Shown piece after piece: positions 21,156 to 31,218 of a stretch of DNA of 64,000 bases. Position 1 is the stretch's first letter. Every line of letters begins with the position of its first letter. Source of the DNA: Nitrospirota bacterium (GTDB lineage Bacteria; Nitrospirota; UBA9217). A program made the position numbers and the translations under genes. The stretch is taken from contig CAVVUN010000015.1 of NCBI GenBank assembly GCA_963751455.1, positions 480,001 through 544,000 on the forward strand, written 5' to 3'. The notes beneath the pieces are model-generated. The model was given only the letters and a program-made list of their open reading frames with translations, ran no database searches and was not told the origin of the DNA.

Positions 21156-21350
21156 AATTATAACGTGAAGAACAGTTAGTGTCAGCTTTTTCCGTTCAAG
21201 TCCCTGCACTGCTTTTCCGCTCCCGCGTTTTGTTTGTCCCTCTATTTTGTCCCTCTATATGGACCGATCTTTTTTAGCTTTCACGGAAGCATAGTTCGTC
21301 GGGTCCTGTCGTATTTGGCTGCTTAATATCCGCGCTTCGTCTCAAAGAAG

Positions 21351-21923
21351 TTGCCTAAAACATTTACAATGCCTTACAATTACTCCGCAGGAAAGAAAGT
21401 GCAGGTACTTTCCCGGCATGACATGTCACCCGATGAACATTCTTTATCACCCGAAATGGCGAGAAAGTTTAACAGGCACGGAGCGCTTATGGAAGGTCTG
21501 AACAAGCTTCCCGCGTCATTGCTGTGCGGGATCGGCGTTGTCCTTGTCTTAATCGTGGGTATTATTGACATTCTGACCGGTTATGGCTTTATTATAGGGC
21601 TTCTTTATTTTATTCCTATCATTTTATCCGGCTGGCATCTGGGCACAACTTCAGTTGTCCTTATGTCGCTGGTTTGCGCTTTAACCTGGTCTGCCGTCGA
21701 TATTACATCCGCAAATATATATTCTCAGAACGTTGTTCGGTTCTGGAATTTTTTAGCGGTTCTCGGCATGTTTCTTATCTCAGGCTGCTCCGTTTCCTAC
21801 ATGAAAAGCCTTATCGTGAGGCAGCGTAAACGTAGGCAATTGCCTGTAGATGAACAATCGGGTCGAGACCGCCCTGTGTCTGAAAAAGAAAAGTCAGTAA
21901 CGAACTGGCCGGACGGGCGGTGA
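21351..21923 (+). CDS. Membrane protein, stand-alone DUF4118-like sensor domain (true start probably near 21455-21489)
   Basis: About 4 TM segments, IDILTG...LYFIPI..GW pattern. Confidence 0.55.
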   Translation: MPKTFTMPYNYSAGKKVQVLSRHDMSPDEHSLSPEMARKFNRHGALMEGLNKLPASLLCGIGVVLVLIVGIIDILTGYGFIIGLLYFIPIILSGWHLGTTSVVLMSLVCALTWSAVDITSANIYSQNVVRFWNFLAVLGMFLISGCSVSYMKSLIVRQRKRRQLPVDEQSGRDRPVSEKEKSVTNWPDGR

Positions 21924-22285
21924 AAAAAGTGGTCGAAACTCGGAGTCAAGACGGTGAAGGGCGCGCTCGCCTTACCGCGCTGTTTTTAGGCGTGGTGCTG
22001 ACAACCACAGCGCAGCCCATCGGGGGGGGCGACATCGTCTTCAGGCCGAAAGATCCGCGGATCAAACCGGTGCTGTTCAGTCATGAAAAGCACGTAGTCG
22101 GGAAAGGTATGAAGTGCTGGAATTGCCATTACCATATATTCCAGATGGTCAAGGGCTCGTATAAAATGAAAATGAGCAAGATGACGAAGGGCGCTTTCTG
22201 CGGCAAATGTCATAACGGACAAAAGGCATTCGATGTAAAACAAACAAGAAATTGCGCCAGATGTCACAATGGTAACGGAAAATAA
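21920..22285 (+). CDS. Triheme c7-type cytochrome
   Basis: Three CxxCH motifs (CWNCH, CGKCH, CARCH), VLFSHEKH, hydrophobic leader. Confidence 0.88.
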   Translation: MKKVVETRSQDGEGRARLTALFLGVVLTTTAQPIGGGDIVFRPKDPRIKPVLFSHEKHVVGKGMKCWNCHYHIFQMVKGSYKMKMSKMTKGAFCGKCHNGQKAFDVKQTRNCARCHNGNGK

Positions 22286-22307
22286 GCACGTTTCGAGCAA
22301 GCCCCAA

Positions 22308-22502
22308 CTAGTGTAGAGTCTCTTAAATAGATGGTGTTATAAGATGGAGCGACAAATCGTCCTTATCTCGTCATTCCGGCTTGTCCGGAATCTTTCCACC
22401 CATTCAGAAGGATTCCCGACGCGCTTCGCTTGCGGGAATGACCGTCTTGGGAAAGTGACTATGGCCGCAATAACACCATTCGTTTGTGAGACACTACACT
22501 AG
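22308..22502. mobile_element. MITE with about 33-bp imperfect terminal inverted repeats (CTAG|TGT...ACA|CTAG) carrying a GTCATTCC...GGAATGAC palindrome
   Basis: ctagtgtagagtctcttaaatagatggtgttat versus reverse complement of the right end, ctagtgtagtgtctcacaaacgaatggtgttat. Confidence 0.8.
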
Positions 22503-22786
22503 CCTTTACGGAAACGAGAGCGCTGATCTCGTTTATCCTCCCAGAATACCAACTATCCACTAATCACATCCTCGTCGCCTCGGTTCCCTTCGCACTCAGT
22601 ACTTAGTATTCAATACGTGAACTTACACACCCACAATACGCCGCGACTACTCAACTGCAGACGCTGATTGTTGTAGGCATAACGGTAAATATCAAGGTGA
22701 TACAATTAAGTTAGAATGGTTGCTTGTGGTTTAGTGTCAGTATTGCCAGCCAATGTTCGGATTTTTGGAAAAGGGCAATTCATTAA

Positions 22787-24589
22787 TTGAAAAACCAGCA
22801 GATCGCAAAAATATTCAACGAAATGGCCCAACTCCTTGAACTGAAGGGCGAGAGCATCTTCCGGATACGGGCATACCGGAGGGCGGCGCAGAACATCGAC
22901 GGCCATTCAAGGGACATGGCAGCTCTTTCGGAAAAAGAGCTTATGCTGATACCGGGCATCGGCAAGGATCTCGCGCTGAAGATCAGGGAGTACTGTGCAA
23001 CCGGCAGGATCGCCAAGCACGAGGAAATGATGAAAGAGATGCCAGCGGGCGTCCTGGATATGTCACGCATCCCGGGTGTCGGGCCGAAGACAGCGATGAT
23101 GCTGTACGAACAGGCAAAGGTCAGGAGCATTGATGAGCTCGAGAGTCTCGCACGGGCCGGCAAACTCGCCGGACTGCGGGGAATCCAGAAGAAAACGGAA
23201 GAAAACATTATTAAGGGGATCGAGCAGATCGCGGGCAGCACCGGAACAGGCAGGCATCTCATTAGCCGGGTCTTGCCGCTCGCGGACGACATTGTCGCCC
23301 GGCTGAAGGCAGAGGCGCCCATAGACCGGATCGAGGTGGCCGGGAGCCTGAGGAGATGGAAGGAGACCGTGAGGGATGTGGATATCCTCACCACGTCGAA
23401 GGACCCCGAAAAAGTAATGGACGTCTTTGTCAATCTCCCGCATGTCATCAGGGTTCTCGCAAGAGGAACCACAAAATCCTCGGTGATCACGGACAACGGA
23501 ATCCATGCAGACCTTCGTGTAGTTGAAGAAGATTCGTTCGGGGCGGCGCTCCAGTATTTTACCGGGAGCAAGCAGCACAATATCAGGCTGCGCGAAATGG
23601 GTGTGCGGGCCGGGCTCAAAATCAACGAATACGGCGTATTCGAAGAGCCGGGAGACAAGAAGATCGGCGGGCAAAAAGAGGAAGATGTATACAAAGCATT
23701 GAAGCTTCCTTATATCCCGCCGGAGCTGCGGGAAGACAGCGGAGAGATCGATGCCGCGGTTGCGGGAACGCTCCCTGATCTTATTACCCTGGAGGACATC
23801 AAAGGTGACCTGCACGTTCATACAAAATGGTCGGACGTCCGGTATGATCTAGATACCATCGCAGAAGGCGGCAGGAAAAAAGCGTACCAGTATATAGCGA
23901 TCACCGACCATTCCAAAGGTCTCGGCGTTGCGCATGGGCTGGATGAAGCGAGATTTGCGGAGCAGGGCAAGCTGATCGATGATGCGAACAGGAACACCTC
24001 TGGGTTCAAAATCCTGAAAGGCGCGGAGGTTGATATCCGGGCCGATGGCAGACTGGACCTTGACGATGCTTGTCTTGCGGGACTTGATATTGTCGTTGCT
24101 TCTATCCATTCCGGATTCAAGCAATCCGAGGAGCAGATAACGAAACGTATGCTCTCTGCTATCAGAAATCCTTACGTCAGCGTTATTGCCCATCCGACAG
24201 GAAGGCTTATCGGCGAACGAGATGCATATCCCGTGGACATGGATAAAATTCTGCGAGAGGCCGCCGCGTATGGCGTTGCCATGGAGGTGAATGCATATCC
24301 GCTTCGGCTGGATCTGAGCGAGGGTTATCTGCGAATGGCGAAAGAATACGGCGTTCAGATCATGATCAACACTGACACGCATATAACCCGTCACTACGAC
24401 TACATGACGTATGGAGTGTCCATTGCGCGCCGCGGCTGGGTCGAGAAGAAGGACGTGCTGAACGTATTGCCGTATGAAGCGCTGATGGAGCGGCTGAAGG
24501 CTATCAGGGAAAATAAGCTGAAAAAGCAGGTTAAGACCATTGATGTGCAGCAGAGGATTCAGAGAACACAGAGAAGAAGAAAATTATGA
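22787..24589 (+). CDS. polX: DNA polymerase/3'-5' exonuclease PolX with PHP domain
   Basis: FRIRAYRRAA, HhH GIGK/GVGPK, GSLRR..RDVDIL, FTGSKQHN, DLHVHT, AITDH, AHPTGR. Confidence 0.95.
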   Translation: MKNQQIAKIFNEMAQLLELKGESIFRIRAYRRAAQNIDGHSRDMAALSEKELMLIPGIGKDLALKIREYCATGRIAKHEEMMKEMPAGVLDMSRIPGVGPKTAMMLYEQAKVRSIDELESLARAGKLAGLRGIQKKTEENIIKGIEQIAGSTGTGRHLISRVLPLADDIVARLKAEAPIDRIEVAGSLRRWKETVRDVDILTTSKDPEKVMDVFVNLPHVIRVLARGTTKSSVITDNGIHADLRVVEEDSFGAALQYFTGSKQHNIRLREMGVRAGLKINEYGVFEEPGDKKIGGQKEEDVYKALKLPYIPPELREDSGEIDAAVAGTLPDLITLEDIKGDLHVHTKWSDVRYDLDTIAEGGRKKAYQYIAITDHSKGLGVAHGLDEARFAEQGKLIDDANRNTSGFKILKGAEVDIRADGRLDLDDACLAGLDIVVASIHSGFKQSEEQITKRMLSAIRNPYVSVIAHPTGRLIGERDAYPVDMDKILREAAAYGVAMEVNAYPLRLDLSEGYLRMAKEYGVQIMINTDTHITRHYDYMTYGVSIARRGWVEKKDVLNVLPYEALMERLKAIRENKLKKQVKTIDVQQRIQRTQRRRKL

Positions 24590-24689
24590 TCCAAAGCTTT
24601 CAGCGGTCTGCAATCAGCAGCGAAAGCCTATAGCTGAAAGCTTACGGCTGAGGTCGCATTCATGAAATAAAAAACCCTTGGGTAGCCAA

Positions 24690-24718
24690 AAAGGCCGGGA
24701 TTTCATGTCCCGGCCTTT
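24690..24718 (+). terminator. Probably bidirectional intrinsic terminator after polX
   Basis: AAAGGCCGGGA-TTTCATG-TCCCGGCCTTT. Confidence 0.7.
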
Positions 24719-24794
24719 GTTTGCTTTATCAGAAAAGTATGGGAGCATCAGCATATCGGGGATGAAATAGGTACCCGCACTATGCGTTTTTTAC

Positions 24795-24823
24795 TTGCAT
24801 ATAGTGCTACTATATGCTAAAGT
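24795..24823 (+). promoter_or_regulatory. Sigma70-like promoter with an operator palindrome in its spacer
   Basis: TTGCAT-N17-TAAAGT; GCATATAG-N5-CTATATGC at 24797-24817. Confidence 0.6.
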
Positions 24824-24831
24824 GCTGGCGT

Positions 24832-25968
24832 ATGGTTAAACGACAATTCTGGTTAAAAAAAATCGAACAGGCATGGAAAGAGCGTCCTGTTGTCTGGCTG
24901 TCCGGCGTGCGGCGAGCGGGTAAAACCGTGCTGTGCCAAAGCATCGCGGGCGTTGAGTATTTCGACTGTGAGATGCCGAGGGTCCGGCGGATGATGGAAG
25001 ATCCTGAGTCGTTTCTGGATGACCTGAAAGGCAAAACGATCGTGCTGGACGAAATTCATCGCCTGGGAAATCCTTCAGAACTTCTCAAAATTGCGGCCGA
25101 CCACTATCCGGACATCAAGGTCCTCGCCACTGGTTCCTCCACTCTTGGCGCGTCATCTAAATTCCGGGACACGCTCGCCGGCCGCAAGACGGAGCTTTGG
25201 CTCACCCCCATGTGTCTTGTCGACCTGGAAGATTTCAAGCGGACAGACATGCGTCATCGTTTGCTGCGAGGCGGTCTGCCGCCGTTTTTTTTGGACGGAG
25301 CTCTGCCGGAGAAAGAGTTCCAGGAATGGATGGACGCCTACTGGGCCAAAGACATCCAGGAGCTTTTCAGGCTGGAACGGCGCCATTCATTCCTCAAATT
25401 CACCGAGCTTTTAATGGCGCAAAGCGGCGGGATTTTCGAAGCGAACAAATTTGCCCGGCCGTGCGAGGTGAGCCGGAGTACGATTTCGAATTATCTGTCG
25501 GTCCTGGAGACGACGTATGTTGCTCACGTTATCCGGCCGTTCAGTACGCACCGTCCCACGGAGATAGTGTCGGCCCCGAAGGTATATGCGTTTGACACAG
25601 GCTTCTATTGCTATTATCGAGGCTGGCATGAGCTGCGACAGGATGACTATGGACCTCTGTGGGAGCAGGTCGTGCTGAATGAGCTGCACGCGCACCTGCA
25701 GTCGCGCAGGATTTCCTATTGGCGCGACAAGCGGGGACATGAAGTTGATTTCGTGCTTGCCGAGAGGCGGCGGGAGCCGGTGGCAATCGAATGCAAATGG
25801 ACGGCCTCGGAATTTGACAGTACCGGCCTGGCCGCGTTCAGGCGGCAATATCCGAAAGGCGAAAATTTCATCGTTGCCCGCGATGTTTCAAAACCCTATG
25901 CGCGCGCATATGGTGAATTGAAAATCCGATTCGTCAACGCAAGGGATTTAATAAAGGAAATTTTGTAA
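24832..25968 (+). CDS. AAA_14 ATPase with DUF4143 (PD-(D/E)xK-like C-terminus)
   Basis: GVRRAGKT, LDEIH, ATGSS, LAGR, PKVYAFDTG, HEVDFV..IECK. Confidence 0.92.
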   Translation: MVKRQFWLKKIEQAWKERPVVWLSGVRRAGKTVLCQSIAGVEYFDCEMPRVRRMMEDPESFLDDLKGKTIVLDEIHRLGNPSELLKIAADHYPDIKVLATGSSTLGASSKFRDTLAGRKTELWLTPMCLVDLEDFKRTDMRHRLLRGGLPPFFLDGALPEKEFQEWMDAYWAKDIQELFRLERRHSFLKFTELLMAQSGGIFEANKFARPCEVSRSTISNYLSVLETTYVAHVIRPFSTHRPTEIVSAPKVYAFDTGFYCYYRGWHELRQDDYGPLWEQVVLNELHAHLQSRRISYWRDKRGHEVDFVLAERRREPVAIECKWTASEFDSTGLAAFRRQYPKGENFIVARDVSKPYARAYGELKIRFVNARDLIKEIL

Positions 25969-26111
25969 GTACCAGATACCCTTCGCACGCCGCTCATAAT
26001 GGTGAGCGAAGTCGAACCATCCGAATCCGCAATAGGATACCGTCCTCTGGACAGACGCGCATACCAACACCATATGAGCAGCAGCTTGACTTCCTTGTAC
26101 CGTTACTCTGT

Positions 26112-26598
26112 GTGCCGGAGAACGGCATGCTGTTCGAGTTTGAAAGCACATTCTTGCTAGAGCAACCTTGGCAACTTAGCGCGAAGGATGCCAGCCTATC
26201 AGAAAACTACAACCCCTCGGTTCGGCCTGCGGGAATGTCCGGCGTCGTGGATATCGGATCAAAAGGCGAGGTGCAGACCGAGGTTCTCCGGGAAACGCCC
26301 GATAACGACTTCGTCTTTACCTTACATCAGCAAATATTGGATTCGCAATCTTGTGCGAAAATCAACATCATTCCGGCTGCAGACCTCGAAGGACTGGTTC
26401 TATCCAGACTTCCTCTGCCATCTTGAAGATGGGCGTGTGTTTGCGGTTGAATATAAGGGTGAACACCTTTGGACGGACGCCGAAGAGAAACGCGCAATCG
26501 GCGCGGTGTGGGCGTCGCGCAGCAAAGGTCGCTGCTTATTCGAAATGCCGACTGCGGGTGATTTCACAGCCATAAAGCAGGCCGTGAAAGCTCAGTAA
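26112..26598 (+). pseudogene. Remnant of a type III restriction Res-like subunit (two fused fragments)
   Basis: C-terminal nuclease motif KYWIRNL...FYPDF...VEYKG; upstream piece in a different frame; no helicase motifs. Confidence 0.7.
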
Positions 26599-26758
26599 AA
26601 TTGAAACGCGCTAGATCAGTTTATTTATGTAGTCGCTGATTAACAGATGTTTTTGGTTGCGGCTATTGCCAGTGACGCTTAATGACTGTGAAATGGAAAG
26701 GGCCACATAAAAGTGGCCGTTTGTTGTTTTATACATGGTCTGCTGTTTGACGAGAAGA

Positions 26759-26905
26759 TTAATTAAATTTGATTTTCAGTGGACGGTTCTTTAGTAAGTT
26801 CGGCATATTTGATTCAATAAATCTTCCAGTAGAAGCATTTTTCCCCACTGGTTGAGACGTCGTCTTTTTTGATCCTTTTGCCTTTTGTACCGCCGTCTTT
26901 TTCAT
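26759..26905 (-). CDS. Putative 48-aa basic small protein
   Basis: AAGGGGG RBS; MKKTAVQKAKGSKKTTSQPVGKNASTGRFIESNMPNLLKNRPLKIKFN*; followed by a hairpin near 26700. Confidence 0.45.
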   Translation of the reverse strand: MKKTAVQKAKGSKKTTSQPVGKNASTGRFIESNMPNLLKNRPLKIKFN

Positions 26906-27001
26906 CGCAGCCCCCTTAAAATTATTGATTATATAATCTGAAATAAGCCGAGCTTTTTATTCCTTTAGCAGATATAAGATCACAATTTTTCTTGACCAAT
27001 A

Positions 27002-27646
27002 CTATCCTTTCCTGACCTCACAGCGCCTGAAATTCTTTTCAATCTCCTGCTTCAGGCCGTTGAAATCTCCCTTTCCTTTTGTCCTGATCACAACTCTGCG
27101 GTAGCCTTCCTTCATTTCTTCATAGGATGTAAGAATGCCCTGAAGACGGAAGTTATGATTGCGCACGATATCTGCCACTTCGCGGATTGATCCGGGGCGG
27201 TCTTCGATTGTTACGCATATTCTGTTGCCGCCGTGCCGCACGCCTGTAATATCGACGAGTGCCCGAAAAATGTCCCTTTCTGAGATGATTCCCAGGAGGC
27301 GCCCCTGGTCTATTACAGGCAAGCAGCCGATCTCCTGGTCGAGCATGATCATTGCGGCTTCTTCAACAGGCGTGTCCGGGCTTGTCGTCACGACCTTCGT
27401 CTTCATGACGTCCTGTACTCTTGTTTTTGCCAGAAGGTAGTGAAGCTCGTAGATGTCAAGTGTGGTTGCCTTTGAGGGACTGTACTCCTTGATGTCCCTG
27501 TCCGACAGGATGCCTTTCAGTTTACCGTTTTTGAGGATCGGCAGATGCCTGACGCGGCGTTCCTTCATGATCGAGATGGCGTCGGAGAGATATTCGTCGG
27601 TCGTGATCGTATAGACCTTTTTGGTCATCCAGTTGGAGACAAACAT
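27002..27646 (-). CDS. acuB: CBS-pair plus ACT domain protein (AcuB-like)
   Basis: MFVSNWM, RHLPI..GILSDRD, PSKATTL, IGCLPV, ACT EDRPG. Confidence 0.85.
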   Translation of the reverse strand: MFVSNWMTKKVYTITTDEYLSDAISIMKERRVRHLPILKNGKLKGILSDRDIKEYSPSKATTLDIYELHYLLAKTRVQDVMKTKVVTTSPDTPVEEAAMIMLDQEIGCLPVIDQGRLLGIISERDIFRALVDITGVRHGGNRICVTIEDRPGSIREVADIVRNHNFRLQGILTSYEEMKEGYRRVVIRTKGKGDFNGLKQEIEKNFRRCEVRKG

Positions 27647-27670
27647 GGGCCACCCCCGTTTTGTTGAAAA

Positions 27671-27792
27671 GATACAGGATGCAAGATGCTGGAAAGGAGA
27701 TGATGCAGGATCCATGATACATGATAAAATCGTTAACTCAGGAACCGATGGCTCTCATTCTGCATCCTGTCCATGCATCGTGCATCGTGATT
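27671..27792. repeat. Imperfect period-7 inverted tandem repeat (GATGCAG/CTGCATC type)
   Basis: gatacag-gatgcaa-gatgctg; gatgcag-gatccat-gatacat; atgcatc-gtgcatc. Confidence 0.7.
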
Positions 27793-28497
27793 CTACAGCC
27801 CAAGATACGCTGTTTTTACATGTTCGTTCGCCTGCAAATCTTTGCCGGTGCCCTGCAAAACAATTTTTCCGTTTTCCATCACATATGCCCGCTCGGCAAT
27901 GTCGAGCGTCTGCTTGACATTCTGCTCGACGATGAGCACGGTTGCGCCTTCACTCCGGATCTTCCTGATTACTGAAAATATCTCCCGGACGAGGATCGGG
28001 GCCAGGCCGAGAGACGGTTCGTCGAACATGAGCAGTTTCGGAAGGGCCATGAGTCCCCTGCCGATCGCCACCATCTGCTGTTCGCCGCCGGAAAGCGTGC
28101 CTGCGGGCTGGCGTCTGCGTTCCTTGAGTCTCGGGAAAAGCTCATAAACCATTTCCCGGGTCCGCTCGCGTTGTTTTCTCGCTTCGCCTTTGAGCGACCC
28201 CATGTCCAGGTTTTCCTCGACCGTCATTTCGACAAAAAGTCTGCGAGCCTCAGGACAATGGACAAGCCCCCGTTCGACCAGGGTAAACGGTTCCACAGTA
28301 TGAATCGGCTCGCCGATAAAAGTGATTGATCCCGCGCGCGCGCGCAGAAGGCGTGATATGGTCTTGAGCGTGGTTGATTTGCCTGCGCCGTTTGCGCCGA
28401 TGAGGGCCACGACCTCACCCTGCTTGACCTCAAAGGAGACGTCCCAGAGCACTTGAACGTCGCCGTAAAATACATCTATGTTCCTGGCTTCAAGCAC
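27793..28497 (-). CDS. livF: Branched-chain amino acid ABC transporter ATP-binding protein
   Basis: GANGAGKST, LSGGEQQM, DEPSLGLAP, AYLG. Confidence 0.93.
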   Translation of the reverse strand: MLEARNIDVFYGDVQVLWDVSFEVKQGEVVALIGANGAGKSTTLKTISRLLRARAGSITFIGEPIHTVEPFTLVERGLVHCPEARRLFVEMTVEENLDMGSLKGEARKQRERTREMVYELFPRLKERRRQPAGTLSGGEQQMVAIGRGLMALPKLLMFDEPSLGLAPILVREIFSVIRKIRSEGATVLIVEQNVKQTLDIAERAYVMENGKIVLQGTGKDLQANEHVKTAYLGL

Positions 28498-29212
28498 TCT
28501 GTGCCTCTCCCAGATATGCTTCGATTACGACCGGACTGTTCCTGATATCGAGGGGCGTCCCCTCCGCAATCTTCTCGCCGTAATTCAGAACAACGATCCG
28601 GTCTGACAGCGCCATAATCACCTTCATATGATGCTCGATGATCATGATGGTAATGCCCTTTTCCCTGATTTTTCGTACGATATCCATCAGCAGGTCCAGC
28701 TCCGAGGGATTCAGACCGGCAAAAGATTCGTCCAGAAGCACAAGTTCGGGCTGTGTGGCGAGCGCGCGTGCGATCTCCAGCCGTTTTCTTTTCCCGAGAG
28801 GAAGCCCCTTCGATATCGTGTCCCGGTCGTCATACAGGCCGGCGAAGGAAAGTATTTCTCCCGCCATCTCCTCGGCCTGTTTTTTGTGCCGTATGTGCAG
28901 AAAAGCCGATGCAACGACATTGTCCAATACGCTCATGCGCTGGAGCGGTTTCACGACCTGGAACGTGCGGGCTATCCCTGCCCGGCAGATCTTATGGGGT
29001 TTGAGACCGGAAATACGTTTCTCATGAAAAAAGACATCGCCCCGCGAAGGATTGTAGAAGCCGTTTATCACATTGAACATTGTAGTCTTACCGGCGCCGT
29101 TCGGGCCGATAAGCCCGAGAATCTCGCCCTTGGACATGCTGAACGAGACGTCCTTCACAGCGGCGATCCCCCCGAAAAACATAGATATCTTTTTGACCTC
29201 GAGAAAACTCAT
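28490..29212 (-). CDS. livG: Branched-chain amino acid ABC transporter ATP-binding protein
   Basis: [32 protein letters not shown]. Confidence 0.93.
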   Translation of the reverse strand: MSFLEVKKISMFFGGIAAVKDVSFSMSKGEILGLIGPNGAGKTTMFNVINGFYNPSRGDVFFHEKRISGLKPHKICRAGIARTFQVVKPLQRMSVLDNVVASAFLHIRHKKQAEEMAGEILSFAGLYDDRDTISKGLPLGKRKRLEIARALATQPELVLLDESFAGLNPSELDLLMDIVRKIREKGITIMIIEHHMKVIMALSDRIVVLNYGEKIAEGTPLDIRNSPVVIEAYLGEAQSA

Positions 29213-30150
29213 GAGGCCGACCTCCGCCAGGCGAAAATTTTTTTCAGCTTCTGAAAGTCACCGACAATGCCGTTCGGGAGGAAAATGATGATTACGATGA
29301 GCAGAACGCCGAACAGGGTCTGGTGCGCAGTGCCCAGCTTGGGGATCGACCGTATCAATTCGGCGAGAAACACCATGATGACCGCACCGACGACAGGTCC
29401 CCAGTATGTTGCCACTCCGCCTACCATGACGACCATGATGGCGACGATCGATATGTCATGGAGGGCAAAAACAACCTTCGGATCAATGTACCCCATGTAA
29501 TTGGTGTAAAAAACGCCGGCGAACCCTGTCAGCACGCCGCTCACCACGAGCGCGATGGTTTTATAAAAGGTGGTGTTGATCCCGAGCGACTCAGCTGCGT
29601 CCTGGTCCTCGCGTATGGCGACGAAATAATATCCGAGTTTCGATTCAATCACTGTCTTGACCGTCAGAAAAGAGCCGGCAGCAAGGGCGAGGATAATGTA
29701 ATAGAACCAGGTTTTTTCAACCCAGCTCCGTTCCCTGATCATGATCCCCAGGTCTCCGCCGGTGATTTTTGTCAGGTTTTCAGTTACAATTCTCATGATC
29801 ACACCGATCGCCAGCGTAGCAAGGGCGAAAAAAGGCCCCCGAAGCCTGAGGCATATGTACCCGAGAGCCAGGGCAAAGACGCCAACCACGAGTACGCTCA
29901 GCGGCATGCCCCACCATGCCGATACTCCGGTTTTGCTGTAGAGCATTCCGGCAGTATAGGCGCCCACGCCGAAAAACGCCGCGTGGCCGAAGGAGACTTG
30001 GCCGCAATAGCCGCTTAAAAGGTTCCATGCCATCCCGATCACGGACCACATGATCACGAGAATCAGGATATGCATGGCGTAGGAGCTCAGACCGACGAGC
30101 GGCAATATCGCGAGTACAGCAAGAGCTATGAGCGGAAGAAATTTATTCAT
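29209..30150 (-). CDS. livM: Branched-chain amino acid ABC transporter permease
   Basis: [37 protein letters not shown]. Confidence 0.92.
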   Translation of the reverse strand: MNKFLPLIALAVLAILPLVGLSSYAMHILILVIMWSVIGMAWNLLSGYCGQVSFGHAAFFGVGAYTAGMLYSKTGVSAWWGMPLSVLVVGVFALALGYICLRLRGPFFALATLAIGVIMRIVTENLTKITGGDLGIMIRERSWVEKTWFYYIILALAAGSFLTVKTVIESKLGYYFVAIREDQDAAESLGINTTFYKTIALVVSGVLTGFAGVFYTNYMGYIDPKVVFALHDISIVAIMVVMVGGVATYWGPVVGAVIMVFLAELIRSIPKLGTAHQTLFGVLLIVIIIFLPNGIVGDFQKLKKIFAWRRSAS

Positions 30151-30234
30151 AGTGCCGAAAAATTCATTATTTCCAGGAACGCTGGAATAAAGTTGTTTTT
30201 ATCCGTGTTCATCCGTGGTTAATAAATTTATGTT

Positions 30235-31164
30235 TCATTTTCCGAATTTTCTGGTTTTCAACAGCGACGCGACCCCGCCCGGCAAGAAGACGAGCGCCGC
30301 GACGAAGATTACGAATCTCCCCACAGGCGCCCAGCCCATGCCGATGTAAGTTGCGGTAAGGGATTCGAACAGCCCGAGAATAACGCCCCCGATAATGGCG
30401 CCTACCGTGGAGCCGAGGCCTCCGAGAATTGTTATCACAAAAGCGATCAGCGTGAATTGTCCGCCTATGTCCGGATAAATATAATAAATCGGAATAAAGA
30501 GACAGCCAGCGGCGCCGACCAGGGACGACCCGAGCCCGAACGTGATGACCCTCATTCTTCCGACATTTACGCCCATGAGAAGGGCGGCGTCCTGGTCCTG
30601 GGCCGTCGCGCGGATGGATTTACCCATATCCGTTTTTGTCAGAAAAAACCAGAGAGCAATCGTGATGGAAACGGCGAACGTGAACGATACGGACCAGGGC
30701 AGGGACAGCGAGAGCTCAATCGGCGAACCTTTCCAGATGTCCCCCAGATACCAGGCCTTTGTCGAATAGTCCACTGGGGTTTGCCGGTAATCGGATGTGA
30801 AGATGATGGTTGCGATGTTCGCCAGGACCATGCCGATGCCCACGGTCAGAATCACCTGGTTTTCGGGAAGGATGGAATCAACCTTGAGCACGGGATTGAT
30901 CAGATATTTTTGAATCGCGATGCCCAGGACGAATAATGCCGGCATGGCGATAAAGACCGAAAGGTAGGGATCGATGTGGAACTGCGCAAAAAGAACATAG
31001 GCAATGTACATGGCGACCATCATGAGCTCGCCATGAGCGAGATTGATGATCTTCATCACTCCCATGATGATCGTCATGCCGATGCCTATCAGGGCATAAA
31101 GCCCTCCCAGCATGATTCCGGATATCAGTGTCTGCAGAAGGACTTCAAGCTGCACAGAAGTCAT
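30235..31164 (-). CDS. livH: Branched-chain amino acid ABC transporter permease
   Basis: YALIGIG, INLAHG, GKSIRATAQD..A.LMG, ILGGLGS. Confidence 0.92.
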   Translation of the reverse strand: MTSVQLEVLLQTLISGIMLGGLYALIGIGMTIIMGVMKIINLAHGELMMVAMYIAYVLFAQFHIDPYLSVFIAMPALFVLGIAIQKYLINPVLKVDSILPENQVILTVGIGMVLANIATIIFTSDYRQTPVDYSTKAWYLGDIWKGSPIELSLSLPWSVSFTFAVSITIALWFFLTKTDMGKSIRATAQDQDAALLMGVNVGRMRVITFGLGSSLVGAAGCLFIPIYYIYPDIGGQFTLIAFVITILGGLGSTVGAIIGGVILGLFESLTATYIGMGWAPVGRFVIFVAALVFLPGGVASLLKTRKFGK

Positions 31165-31218
31165 AAAAAACCTTTAGTTCGAAATGCGGATTGCGGATGT
31201 AGGATTAGAAAAAATTTC

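Noticed and set aside
21137-21222. LytTR-type boxes (ACAGTTAGT, TCCGTTCAA)
   Set aside because: The spacing gives a 19-bp period rather than the usual 21-22; too weak to call
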